A stretch of 64,000 nucleotides of DNA, taken from the NCBI GenBank assembly GCA_043228905.1, contig JBHGNT010000015.1:3720001-3784000 (forward strand), in the 5' to 3' direction. Positions 26,850 to 38,949 of the stretch are shown piece after piece. The notes below the pieces were generated by a model that did no database searches, had not been told where the DNA came from, and saw only the letters and a program-made list of their open reading frames with translations. The first letter of the stretch is position 1; the number at the start of each line of letters is the position of its first letter. The translations under genes were made by a program, and so were the position numbers. This stretch comes from Azolla caroliniana. Taxonomy: Eukaryota; Plantae; Polypodiophyta.

Positions 26850-29800
26850 ATGGGGGAAACCCGTCCGTGTTTTGTGAAATTACCGGAATACCCCTCTCTG
26901 CCGAAGACGACATTGTTTCTTGGGTACATACTACACAGTGCACACATTCATCTCTTCCCAAGAGAAGAGAAGAGGCATTATATGTATTATGGAATGAGAA
27001 AGGCAGGATGGGAAACAGCTGACATTCAGGCCACCATCATCATCCCCAGCTCAATTGGTAAGGATGCTTCTGCCCTTCTGTCTTTATTGAAAGATTGTGC
27101 TAGGGAAAGAGATGTTTGCAAAGGGACTAGAGCCCATCATCACATTCTTAGAACAGGGCTTCTTCACAAAAGCCCTTATCTAGGCAATGCATTGATTAGT
27201 ATGTATGCCAAATGTGGCATGTTTGCAAAAGCTCATAATGTGCTAGATGAGCTTCCTATCCAAAACGTTGTCTCTTGGAATGCACTCATTTCTGGGTACA
27301 TCCAACATGGCCAAGCTCATGAAGCCTTGGAATCTTTCGAACAAATGCAAAATGAGCGTTTCTCCCCGGATGTTGTAACCTTTGTTTGTGTCTTGAAGGC
27401 ATGTGGAAGCATCAGATGTATAGAAAAAGGTAAAAGAATTCACTCAGAGATTGATAAGAGAGGCTTGCTTTGTCATGGAAAGGATGTTGTTCTCGGCTCT
27501 GCTTTAGTTGATATGTATGTCAAATGTGGTATCCTTGTAAAAGCACAAGAAGTGCTCGAAGAACTTCCTATTCGAGATGTAGTGTGCTGGAATGCACTAC
27601 TTTCAGGGCATGCCCAACAAGCAAAAGGTCATGAAGCTCTAAACATGTATGAATTGATGTTGAATGAAGGTCTATCTCCCGATACGGTCACATTCATTTG
27701 TATTTTGAAGGCTTGTGGTAGTATAAGATCTATAGAGAAGGGTATACAAATTCATGGCCAGATTGTGAGTAGGGGCTTGTTGGAGAAGGATATTGTGCTT
27801 AGCAATGCTTTGATAGATATGTATGCCAAATGTGATCTGCTAGAAAGTGCAGTACAAGTACTCAAAGTCGTTCCTGTTCGCAACATAGGATCTTGGAATG
27901 CGCTCATTGCGGGATATATCCAACATGGAAAAGGTTTTGATGCTCTGAACTGTCTTGAATGGATGGAGAATGAGGGTTTCTCTCCGGATATTGTAACATT
28001 TATTTGCATCTTGAAGGCTTGTGGGAGCATAGGGGCTATTCACAAAGGTAAACAAATTCACAAAAGCATTGTGATTCAAGGCTTGTTGGAGAAGGATATT
28101 GCGCTAGGCAATGCTTTGATGGATATGTATTGCAAATGTGGGGAGCTTGCAACAGCACAAGAAGTGCTTGAAGGGCTTCCTCTTCGTAATGTAGTATCTT
28201 GGTCTGGGATTATCACAGGTTACATTCATCAAGGGCAAGGTTATGAAGCATTGAATTGTTTTGAACAAATGGAAAGTGAGGGTCTCTTTCCAGATGCTGT
28301 AACATACATATGCATCTTGAAGGCATGTGGAATTACAAGATCTATATGCAAAGGTAAAGAAATACATAAGACGATTGTGAGTAAGGGATTACTGGTCAAG
28401 GATCCCGCGCTTGGTTCCGCTTTGGTGGATATGTACGTCCAATGTGGTGATGTTTCAAAAGCACAACAGGTACTGAAAGATCTTCCTATCCGAAACGTGA
28501 CTGCTTGGTCTGCATTAATTTCAGGATATGCTGAGCAAGGGCAAAATCATAAAGTATTGAATTGTTTTGAACGAATGCAAAGTGAAGGCCTTTATCCAGA
28601 TGCAGTCACCTATGCTTTTATCCTTAAGGCTTGTAGCAGCACAAAAGATATAGAGAAAGGTAAACAAATTCATGATATGATTGTGAGTAGAGGCTTGTTG
28701 GTGAAGGATATTGTGCTTGGCACTGCGTTAGTGGATATGTATGCCAAATGTGGTGTTATTGCTTATGCACAAGATGTACTTGAACAACTTCCGGCTCGTA
28801 GTGTAGTCTCTTGGAATGCATTAATCGCCGGGTATGCTCAATATGATCGATGTAATGAAGCATGGAGCTGCCTCAAACAAATGCAAAGGGAGGGCTTATA
28901 CCCAGATGCTGTTACCTTCATTTGCATCTTGAAGGCCTGTGGCAATACAGGATCTATAGACAAAGGGGAAGCCATTCATGATGAAATTATGAGTAACGGC
29001 TTACTTGAGAAAGATATCATGATTGGCAATGCTTTGATGGATATGTACATAAAATGTGGGGTGCTTGCAAAAGCTTGGAATGTGTTCGAAGATCTTCCTG
29101 CCCGAGATGTAGTCTCTTGGAATGTGCTCATTGCTGGGTGTGCGCAACATGGGGCAGTTTGTGAGGTTATATACTGTTTGGAACAAATGCAGAGTGAGGG
29201 CCTCTCTCCGGATGCAGTTACTTTCACGTGCACATTGAAAGCATGTGCAAGCTGCAGAGATATATATAAAGGAAGGAAATGTCATGAACAGATTTTGGAT
29301 AGGGGTCTGCATGAGAAGGATGTGGTGCTTTGCAATGCTTTGGTTGATATGTATGCAAAATGTGGTGCACTCTCAAAAGCACAAGAGTTACTTGAAGGAC
29401 TTCCTGTACGGGATGTAATCTCTTGGAATGCACTAATTTCAGGGTATACCCAACAAGGGCAATGCCTTGAAGCACTGGATTGTATTGAAAAGATGCAAAG
29501 TGAAGGTATCTCTTCAGATGTGATCACCTCTATTTGTATCTTGAAAGTGTGCGGTAGTATAGGAGCCATAGACAAGGGAAAAGAAATCCATAATGAGATT
29601 GTGGGTAAAAGGTTGCTGGAGAATGATGTTATGCTTGGCAATGCTTTGGTAGATATGTATGTCAAGTGTGGTGTGCTAGCAAAAGCACTTGAAGTGCTTG
29701 AAGAGCTTCCTGTTCGAGATATAATCGCTTGGAATGCATTGATTTCAGGATATTCTGAACTAGGACACGGTCATGAAGCTCTTGATTGTTTCCAATGTAT

Positions 29801-30452
29801 GCAAATCGAAGGCATATGTGGAGACGAAGTCACCTTCCTCTGTGTATTGAGTGCCTGCATTCATGCAGGGTTATTGGATGAGGCCCAAATGTTTTATGGT
29901 GACATGACTAACAAGTATAGCATTACTCCAAAACTAGGGCACCATTCATGCATGGTGCTTGCTTTTGGATGTGCTGGGCATTTCGATGAGGCAGTATCTG
30001 TGATCAAGGCAATGCCGTCTTCTGATTATCCTGAAATTTGGCTTGTATTATTGAGTACTTGTAGGAAATGGGGCAATGTGAAGCTTGGAAAATTAGCATT
30101 TGATCAAGCACTACAATTAGATAGTACTTTCGGTTCAGCATATGTTCTTATGGCTAATATTTTTGCAGCTGCAGGCTTTCAGGAGGAAGCAGAGAGGATG
30201 GAAGTGATGAAATTGAAATATGCTTCTGGGAAGAAACCAGAACATGATGTATTGATTGATGCAGATGGAAAATTTTCAACCAGTTTCTGTTTGGGATACA
30301 AAACATATAAAGATGTATATATATATATAACATATGAGAATGCTAAAGAGCTGGTTCCCTTGAAATTTTACTATGAAATAGTACAGCAAGAAGTTCAGAC
30401 ATCAAGTAAGAGGCATTTTATTTTCCTTCAAAATTCTATTCATGAATTATGA
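26850..30452 (+). CDS. Intronless PLS-class PPR protein with E domain (organellar RNA-editing factor type), 1200 aa
   Basis: About nine tandem P-L-S triplets (GNALxDMYxKCG / VVSWNALIxGYxQxG / PDxVTFICILKACG), then L2-S2-E motifs (HHSCMVLAFGCAG, IWLVLLSTCRKWGNVKLG, AYVLMANIFAAAG). No DYW HxE/CxxC motif. Confidence 0.96.
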   Translation: MGETRPCFVKLPEYPSLPKTTLFLGYILHSAHIHLFPREEKRHYMYYGMRKAGWETADIQATIIIPSSIGKDASALLSLLKDCARERDVCKGTRAHHHILRTGLLHKSPYLGNALISMYAKCGMFAKAHNVLDELPIQNVVSWNALISGYIQHGQAHEALESFEQMQNERFSPDVVTFVCVLKACGSIRCIEKGKRIHSEIDKRGLLCHGKDVVLGSALVDMYVKCGILVKAQEVLEELPIRDVVCWNALLSGHAQQAKGHEALNMYELMLNEGLSPDTVTFICILKACGSIRSIEKGIQIHGQIVSRGLLEKDIVLSNALIDMYAKCDLLESAVQVLKVVPVRNIGSWNALIAGYIQHGKGFDALNCLEWMENEGFSPDIVTFICILKACGSIGAIHKGKQIHKSIVIQGLLEKDIALGNALMDMYCKCGELATAQEVLEGLPLRNVVSWSGIITGYIHQGQGYEALNCFEQMESEGLFPDAVTYICILKACGITRSICKGKEIHKTIVSKGLLVKDPALGSALVDMYVQCGDVSKAQQVLKDLPIRNVTAWSALISGYAEQGQNHKVLNCFERMQSEGLYPDAVTYAFILKACSSTKDIEKGKQIHDMIVSRGLLVKDIVLGTALVDMYAKCGVIAYAQDVLEQLPARSVVSWNALIAGYAQYDRCNEAWSCLKQMQREGLYPDAVTFICILKACGNTGSIDKGEAIHDEIMSNGLLEKDIMIGNALMDMYIKCGVLAKAWNVFEDLPARDVVSWNVLIAGCAQHGAVCEVIYCLEQMQSEGLSPDAVTFTCTLKACASCRDIYKGRKCHEQILDRGLHEKDVVLCNALVDMYAKCGALSKAQELLEGLPVRDVISWNALISGYTQQGQCLEALDCIEKMQSEGISSDVITSICILKVCGSIGAIDKGKEIHNEIVGKRLLENDVMLGNALVDMYVKCGVLAKALEVLEELPVRDIIAWNALISGYSELGHGHEALDCFQCMQIEGICGDEVTFLCVLSACIHAGLLDEAQMFYGDMTNKYSITPKLGHHSCMVLAFGCAGHFDEAVSVIKAMPSSDYPEIWLVLLSTCRKWGNVKLGKLAFDQALQLDSTFGSAYVLMANIFAAAGFQEEAERMEVMKLKYASGKKPEHDVLIDADGKFSTSFCLGYKTYKDVYIYITYENAKELVPLKFYYEIVQQEVQTSSKRHFIFLQNSIHEL

Positions 30453-30864
30453 GTTCAAGGAGCTCCACAAAATAAAGGAGGTATGTCTACAGAAAAAAAA
30501 GGTCTACATGCTAGGGGATGAAAACATTTAAGATTTTGAAGCATATGCAGTGGACTTGTGATGCTCTCAATAAATGCCATCAAAAGTGATTTAAAAATTA
30601 TCACGTTTTTTATGCACTAGGCAGGCAGCTCAAATAAAAGGGAATGTCTCCAATATACAAGAGGGAAGCATCGTGATTATGAATGCAAACAATCCGAAAG
30701 AAATGTACTTCAGTCAGGCTTGATTTATCTAGATTAATTAGACCATGGAGCTCAAATGGATCAGTGAATAACTTCACAAAATGGCTGCAAATTGAAAGAT
30801 TAGGCAAGGCAAGCAAATGCAACCAGAATGGGATGAGTTCTTGACAACAGAACTGATCGCTCGG

Positions 30865-31319
30865 TGTTACCCCGGTGGGACAAGTGTGAAACGAATCAAA
30901 GGAAGCTGAGCACTAACAGCCGAACAAGGGAAGCCGAAGGTTAAGGAAGGAACGGGTGGAAAGTGCCAAGCAGAAGGGGACTATATATATCGGGTATTAG
31001 CGAACACAGAGAGAACCAGGAGAGGAATAGACGAATAGAGAGTAAGTGAGTGTTGTACCGAGAGTACTCGGTACTTGTATCTGTGTGTTATACTTTAAAT
31101 TGAATATATACATCTTGTGGGTAACTTCAGTGTTTTGTCTCGTCTATATTTTGATACATATGATATATATAAGTTATTTCTGTGTAAAAGATGTATTTAA
31201 CGATCAGTTGTAGCCGATCCCGCAGCCTATCATTCATAATCCCACGGTCGCAATCCCACCCGAGTGGGATAGTCTAAAGAACGATCACGAGCACTGGGAA
31301 GTCATTTACCCTGTAACGA
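30865..31319 (+). mobile_element. Probable solo LTR
   Basis: Begins TGTTAC and ends TGTAACGA, an imperfect inverted terminus. Flanked by identical 5-bp CTCGG (30860-30864 and 31320-31324). Internal TATA box at about 30982 followed by an AG-rich R-like stretch and a GT-rich U5-like stretch. Higher GC than the flanks. Confidence 0.6.
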
Positions 31320-32311
31320 CTCGGCTAACGGTCTCGGTAGGATGCCGTGACCTCAACTCTCCTTTGCACCACAATACCTTGTTCCGATTACTCAGGAGGG
31401 GTAATCGAAGGTGTTTTCTCCAGGAGGGAGTAACAGTCGGTCTACAATATGAGGGATTTCATGTTGAATCGGAGAGCATGCATATTGATTGAAAAGGAAA
31501 AAAAAAGGCAGGCGTGAAGGCGCATTGTGGCAACTGATTCCAAATCCCATGCCAGTGATAATTACCTTGTTCACCAAGTTGGTGCTTACCTATACCGATT
31601 CCATATGGATTGACAAATCCACCAAGATTAAGGCAGCACACCTCATGAATCTGAACTGGGTGAGAACTGAAATTTGCCTAGAAAGGGTCCATATGAAGAA
31701 GAAGAAGATTAGGTTTTTTACATTGGGAGACATACAATGATCCGGCAGTGGCATCGTGAAGTTAACTAAATCCAAAATTCACCAAAATTTGGTCAAATCC
31801 TTCGTGGTATTGATGGCTCAAGCATGAAAAAAAACAAGACAACAGTTTTACCTCTTTTCTAGAATTATACAAAGTTCATCTTAACATTTTCTTGCATTTC
31901 AAAGTTACCGGTTGAAATCTGATTTGCTCAAAAGGCCCATCGTTTTAGATTCTAGTATCTAAATAAGTATTGAAGGCATGTGAGTTCAAATTGGTTCTGA
32001 TAGTTTAATTATTGCTAAGGGATTCTTGGGTATCATTGTGTGGATTATGTGTTGACAACGAGATTGTGGATCTCTCTATCTTTCGAAAGCCCCTCTCCAA
32101 AAAAGGACTATATAATACAACATTTTACCTTTCTCCTAGGCTTACATGAAAACCACTCTAATTAGTTCACCATAATTATTGAAACGCCACTCATTGCTCA
32201 TAAATTAACATGTGATAGATATTTTGATCCTAATAACTCAGGCAGATTAGAGCATATTACTGCGCGGTCTCTTCGTAATGACTAGGCTAAGAGCATATCA
32301 ATGCACACTCA

Positions 32312-32520
32312 TTTCTTAATGCCTAGGTTAGGAAATCGATCATTCCTTAATTACGGAACGAAGCAATCGATTGTTTTCTTAATTACGGAGCTAAGAAATC
32401 GATCATTTCTATGTACAAATCGTTTCTTAATGCCTAGGTTAGGAAATCGATCGTTCCTTAATTATGGAACGAAGCAATCGATTGTTTTCTTAATTACGGA
32501 ACTAAGAAAATCGATCATTT
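32312..32520. repeat. Higher-order tandem repeat: 111-bp unit x2, built from about 31-bp subunits containing ATCGAT
   Basis: tttcttaatgcctaggttaggaaatcgatc.. at 32312 and 32423. Subunits follow TTTCTTAAT-N-AAGAAATCGAT. Confidence 0.9.
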
Positions 32521-32667
32521 GTCGGGGTTAAGTACTAGAAATCTGAAGCTGCAAACAGGAGGGGCATGTGAGGAGATATGGTAAAAACCCAAGAGGGGCA
32601 TTTTCATAATTATTGCTATTTTTTTAAAGTTAAAGACTGTATCATCTGATTCCTCATTCATTCCTTC

Positions 32668-35238
32668 ATGGATCCTGCCCCTTCTCCTCCTCCTCCGAGC
32701 TCTGGCCATGGCGTCCCTTCTGCAGCCCCTTCTTGCAGGAAACACAAATCTGACGACGCCTCTTTCCTCGAAGACGTACGGAATCACATCGATGAGTTCC
32801 TACATGCGTCCTTTGAAGAACATCAGTCTTGCTTGAAGAATAGCCTCCAAAAGGTACTTAATGCCTTCTTCTTCTTTAATTAGTATCCGTTTGGATTCCC
32901 TTATTTGTAGCAAAAAGAAACAGACATGTTCGTGAATCAGTTCCGTTTTTAAGATTTTTCTGTGAGTTATGTTTATCCAATGTTTTAAAGCTTTTAGTTG
33001 CAATTTCTCGCTTGCAACGCAATAATCTCTATGTTATGGAGAACAGTCAGGGTAAAAAGAAAAGAGGAACCTCACGTATTGTCTAAAAATAAACGGTGGG
33101 GTAGATTGAAAAGATTGTAGACCCTAAAAGTACAGCTAATCTTGAAACGTTTCTGCAATATATAGCTTATGTTTAGCTGTTATACTTGTGTGATTTCCCT
33201 ATTTTTACTACAAAATTGGTGAGAATCTTTCAAAATACTTTGCTGTAAGAAGAGTTTGCAGGTTTCCAAAATGCTTGGAAAAGAACCATTTTGAAAATCA
33301 ATAACCCCTTATCTGTTTTCCCTGGAACAAACTATACAATAAACTGTCGCATGATATATCCCTTAGGAATGTGGAAAGTCTGCATAAATCAGTGATTAAA
33401 TCTTTTCTAAGTATTTGTTATTTGATCTATAGGATCTGGTAAAGAAAGGATTTCTGTTTATTGGCATTGTTCCTGTCTAAATTTGAAAAGGAGTTAACTA
33501 TCAAAATATTAGTCAGTATAGTGAATCAGAAGTTAATAAACCATTATTTGACTTGTCATTGTATGGAAACGTGTCCAGAATATTTCATGGGAAATTTGTC
33601 AGAAACGTTTTTGAAAAGAAGATTAAAGAAATAGATGGAAGAAGCTAATCAAAGAGAACTTAGAGTGGATAAAACATATCAATATATGGTCTTTCCATGG
33701 AAACAAAATCACCTCTGCTAGTGATCTCATTTTTCCAAGTTTTTTTGTGCAAATTTTGTGTTTTAAAGATGTTTTTCTTCCTTCAATTTGTCGCAATTGA
33801 CTAATACTCTCTATGCCTTGCGGAACCTAGTAATAATCAATGTAAAAAAGAAAAATATAGGAACCACAAACTTTCTAAATATAAATGGTTCGGTGGATTT
33901 TAACCTTTTCATATTATTTCATAGCTAAACTCTCCTAAAAAGATTAGGATTGGATTATCATTTCTAGAAACAGCCAAAAGAATAATGACATCACTCTCAT
34001 TTCTAGAAGTCAACTGAAGAGACCTTAGAGAGGGGACAAAATAATGTATGGATAATGAATCTGATAAATGATGATGGCCAAATTCAATTTAAACTTGCGG
34101 CAACTAATTTTTGAAACTCTAGAAACCTTTTTAAAACCTATGACATTCTAGAGAAGATCTTCTTTCGATGTTGTTGCCTTCTTTGTAAAATGGAAAGCTT
34201 AATAGGTAGAGTTATACGTGCTAGAAGGTGTATATGCACAGTCAAGGGTCCTCTTTATTAAGATAAGAAGCATCCATAGAACATTGCTATATAAAACGGG
34301 GGCCTTTGGCCACCTATCATGGCTATGTTTCTCTATGCCTTATTTGTTTCAAGTGTGAAATGGGTCTAAATGCCCATGCAATATTATAAGCAGTTCCATT
34401 CCGTACCATAGTGTGCTACACATAATCGGGAATCTAATCCCTCAGTAATGTATATTCTGTATTCCCCACATTCTCTCAGATAGGTCTGAGCTGGAATATT
34501 GGAAGGCCCATTGGAACCAGTAATGCCGATGCCTTGCAGGTTATGGACTCAGCAAGACTAATAGAAATTTCCCATTTGGGCTTCTCACCCATGAGAGATT
34601 AGATTAAGGATAGGCAGAAAGAGAGAGAAAGAGAGAAGGATATGTTATGTCCACAGGAGACAGGCTGAGAACGTGCCTAATGAGACATAAAGGTGAGTGA
34701 CGATTGTCAGCTCTGTCATGCTGAAATAATAGCTATATTGCAGTACTATTTCTTGTTATGCAATATCAAAACTGTAGTCTTATCATATAGTTGTGTTGCT
34801 CAATATCTTATTTGTTTCTTGCTGCCAAATATCACGACCTCAATGTTTATCATAGCTGTGCTGCCCTATATCTTGTTTGTTTCTTGTTGCATAAGATCAC
34901 AGCCTTCTTTGTCTTTATTATTAGCTATTCTGACAATGTCATTGTTTGTTTCTTGCTGTATAGCCCACCATCTTTGTCATTATACCCAAATTTGTTTCTT
35001 GTTACATAAGGTCGCAACCTCTTGCTAGTCTCTGCTCTAGATGTTGTTTGTAATCTCGATGCCTAAGGTTATCGTTTGTATCTCAATTACTGTTTCTTTT
35101 GTGTGAGAAATGATCGTTTTTTTTCTTATTGTGCAGATGTTTGGGATATCGAAAAAACATGTCGCCAAGAGTGTACCTGCTCCAAATGAAAGCGTGCTTC
35201 CCCTACAAGCTGCAACGTCCAACCAAGGTTCTGATTGA
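32668..35238 (+). CDS. Small conserved uncharacterised plant protein, 95 aa, two exons (32668-32853, 35137-35238)
   Basis: MDPAPSPPPP...SCRKHKSDDASFLEDVRNHIDEFLHASFEEHQSCLKNSLQK|MFGISKK...ESVLPLQAATSNQGSD*. The phase-0 intron is aag|gtactt..gtgcag|ATG. From memory it resembles a plant family with SCRK..FLEDxKDHIDEFxxASMDEHKTCFxxTIxKMFG. Confidence 0.85.
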
Positions 35239-38200
35239 AGTTGAAACATATACATAATACTGCTTTAGTAAATAGATTGAAGAAGCTTTTTGTCAATATT
35301 CTCATGTTATTATAAACATTAGCAACTGTGTGATCACGGTTGTTTTTAATGTATAACATTTAAAAGTTGGCTCTAGTTATACTTGAAACAATGTCCTCAC
35401 AGTACTACAATTTTGTGCCACAACTTGCTTGTATCAAGTGCTACCCGCCATCTCTTTTGACTCTTGAAATGACAACTCAGATTATTTCTCGAAGTCGAGA
35501 TAGGTAATTATTTACTGCATTTTTTCAACTGCCATGAATAGTCCAAAGAATCTCTTTCGACTCTCAAATGACGACTTAGATGTTTTGCTATTTTTATTCT
35601 TTATGTTATTTGCAATTGAATAAGTTTGTGGTTCAATTTTGAGATGGTAGCTTGGATGAGTTTTCCATCATATCATATCCTTACTCTAGTATAGTTAGAG
35701 ATTCCTTGTTGATTAACCAATTCAGTTCTGCATTATGACCAACTTTAGGTACAACAGATGTCCATTCTAGTGTACAGGAGCAAATTTGTCTACAAATTAA
35801 AACTGCTAGAGTAATTTTGTCCTGCATAGATGGAAAATAGCTTATCGATGCTATTTTTAGTTATCCAAATCAATCATGGATATTGGAAATTTCAAGGATT
35901 CTCATCTCTAAGGTAATCTACCTATGTTTCATTGTTGAGCATGTGTTGTCACTTGCAAGTCCTAGTGACGACCTTCTAGTAATAAAGGATTAAGCATTGC
36001 CTCTAGACCATCACATTTTTGTATTTTTTTTACAATTATAATTTCTAGTTGTAGAGACAAGATGCTTTCTCATTTTGCTTTTGTGTTTCAGGTTTTATTA
36101 TGTTATGTTTATATGTTTATGTGTGTGTGTGTGTGTGTAATTATTAAACACTTGACACTAAAAATCACAGAGAGACAAACATCTAGAGTTTAGGAGTAAC
36201 AGGTTTGAATGTTGTTTTAGATTCAAAATCTCTCCATATTTTTAGCTTGAAATGATGTTTCCTAACTATTCTGTTGTAGTATGCTCACACGCACGAACCA
36301 TTTCCTTATATGACCTTACAAATTCATCGTTCACAACTAAAGTTTAGCGTATTGATATTTTTTATTTCTGTTAGTATAATGGATCTTTAATCAAACATTC
36401 TAAAGAAATAGGGTATTTGAATCTGTTTGTATGTACTAAGAAACAGAGTATTTGTGTATGTGTAAATTAGTAAGCCATAGGTAATATTGTATGTTGGTCA
36501 TAGGTGATAATAGGGGCTCTATACGAATGCAAAAACAGTACATGTACCTATATATATATAGGTGAGACGTATTTGTGTTTTATATAATTGTGTCGCCTCA
36601 AGATTTTTCACATTGAGGGCACATCTTTGTTCTGCAGGGGGGGTTTTGTCCCGTCATTGGATTCGTTGGCTAAGGGTTTTGGACATACGTATACACTTTT
36701 GGTGGCAAACCGAGCGACAACAATAGACAATCACCCTTAGGTTGCTAACGTTGTTTGTCCTAATCTTGTGAACCCTAACTCACTCCTCTCTTGTGATGAC
36801 CTAAATGAGACATTCACTAGAGCTGTCTATCCCCTATGGAAGTATATACTTATGGGCCTTTACAAAAAAAATATCAAGTTGTTGTTTATGAATAAACCTA
36901 AATAGTCATAAGGCCATGATCCTTGATTAGGGCTTTAGGATTTTCATGGATAGCTCGCATGCTTTATGATTCTTGGTTATACCCGTAACTAGGACACCAC
37001 CCATCACCAGGACATCATCAACCATGTCAATAAATTATTCAAAAGACTTGGGTACGGTGAGTTACATTATCTTATGCAAATTTTACCCCCCAACATTCCC
37101 CACTTTATGGTGGAGGTGATTATGTCCTAGTTTCCAAGTCAATGTCAAAAACTTGTTATGTGATACCACATGTGTTGCATTACAAGATAGCGAGCGTCTC
37201 TTCTTAGACCATGCTTTTCTTGCAAATTAAATTGCAAGACAAACTAGTTACAAGCATTACAACATTCTAGTTTTTCAACTAGGGTATAGGTATAAGTTTC
37301 AACTAAATTAATTTTACCAAATATAACCATTGTATGAGACCTATTTTATAACGTCACGATCTTAAAAGGCCTTGTGAGCCACAAAGAGAATTCATGCACT
37401 AATAAAACCATAAAGTTTATGCCAAGATAATTGTAGTTTTTAATTGCTTGATTTATATTAGATTTTAAGAGTATTTACCACTTTTGTGATACTTGTTCAA
37501 TAGCATCTTATTATCACTACAATTAGCAGCTCTAAACAAAACAAGCCTCACATTCTCTTATAATGGATTAGAGGGGAGCTTCTATTAGCGAGTCTCGTGT
37601 CTTAAAGTCTATTATGTTAATTGTCTAATTAATTTATATTTTGACTCCAAGACCATTGCACTTGCATGTATTTGACATTGTTCCCTAGTTTGGTCTTCAT
37701 GATCCAAGGGAAGAATAAAAATGTTAACATTGTCTCTTTGTGCAATGCTAACCATTACAAAGCTTAACAAATGAAGGACCAATGATGCACTTATATTTCA
37801 TGTCAATACGTTAACATATAACAAACACTTCTATCCCACTTCATTTTCGAAAATTATCCAAGGGATGAAATGTTAGCACTACAAGATACTAACAAATCAT
37901 TTATCCTTTGATTGGTATGATCATTAAAGATGCCACTAACACTTCCCCATTCTTTTTCCACAATCCATGAGTTGCAAATGGTAGTAGCATTGTCGATTTC
38001 AAAAGAAACCCAACAAATCACACAATCCAATTGATTAAGGGACCATATCATAACACTAACACTTTCCCTTGATTTCTTTTCCTACACCCCAAAGGTTTGA
38101 AAATGATTGAGTTTTGCCTTGTCTACTATGACTTCAAGGTCATTACGTTAACGCCAAACTAACTAATGCGTATCTCCCGATCCATTGTCTCACGACAAAA

Positions 38201-38918
38201 AAGGGTCGAGATTGATACGATTGTCTTATTGAAGGAAATGCTTAGTAAAGAATCTAGTAAAGATCCAATTTGCAAAGAAAAGACTGGGAGCACTTCCACA
38301 AGTGCCTCGATAAACAATAGTCAGTGGGTGGGTTCATGCGATTCAAGTTCTTTATGAGGGCAGAGCGATGAGGAACTCAGGAGAACTGAATCGATCGATA
38401 GAGTAGATAGATACTTTTTAGGGTCTATAGAGAGGTCAATATTGACCCATGGGACCTAAGTATGAAAGTTTTTTATTTATTGATGTGATTCTCCTTCCTA
38501 AGAAGAGGGATATTCATACTTTGAAGCACAAAGTCTCGATGTGTGAATAAATAAGGCATACACACATACTGAGCTCTAACCTTCTAGGTGTTCTCTTGAG
38601 TGTGACACTCAAATCATCAATATCGTTACCTCTTAATATGTATAACGTTATCATACCTTTCATTCATCCCTCCCTCTCTAAAATCTCATCATATATTCAT
38701 TCATTTCCTGGGTTTACACGAAGAGAAGAGAAAAGCATTCATTCATTCCTTTGTAAAATCTCATCATATTATTCATTCATTCATTTCTTGGGTTTATATG
38801 AAGAGAAGAGAAGAAAGAGAAGAGAAGAGAAATGAGAAATGAGAATGAGAAGAGAAGGGGAGGGGCTATTCTTGTAATTTCCAAAAACATATATTTATTA
38901 AACAAAACTCCTAATTTA

Positions 38919-38949
<31 letters not shown>

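Noticed and set aside
27243-29665. Antisense ORFs inside the first PPR gene (likewise 43860-46285 inside the second)
   Set aside because: Shadow ORFs of a long repetitive coding sequence with no independent signal.
30453-30850. DYW deaminase domain after the first PPR (also checked 43350-43720 after the second)
   Set aside because: No HSE(K/R)LA or CxxCH motif recognised in the frames I read.
37850-38450. LINE ORF1-like fragment
   Set aside because: Only a vague resemblance with no diagnostic motif, so it is not listed as a feature.
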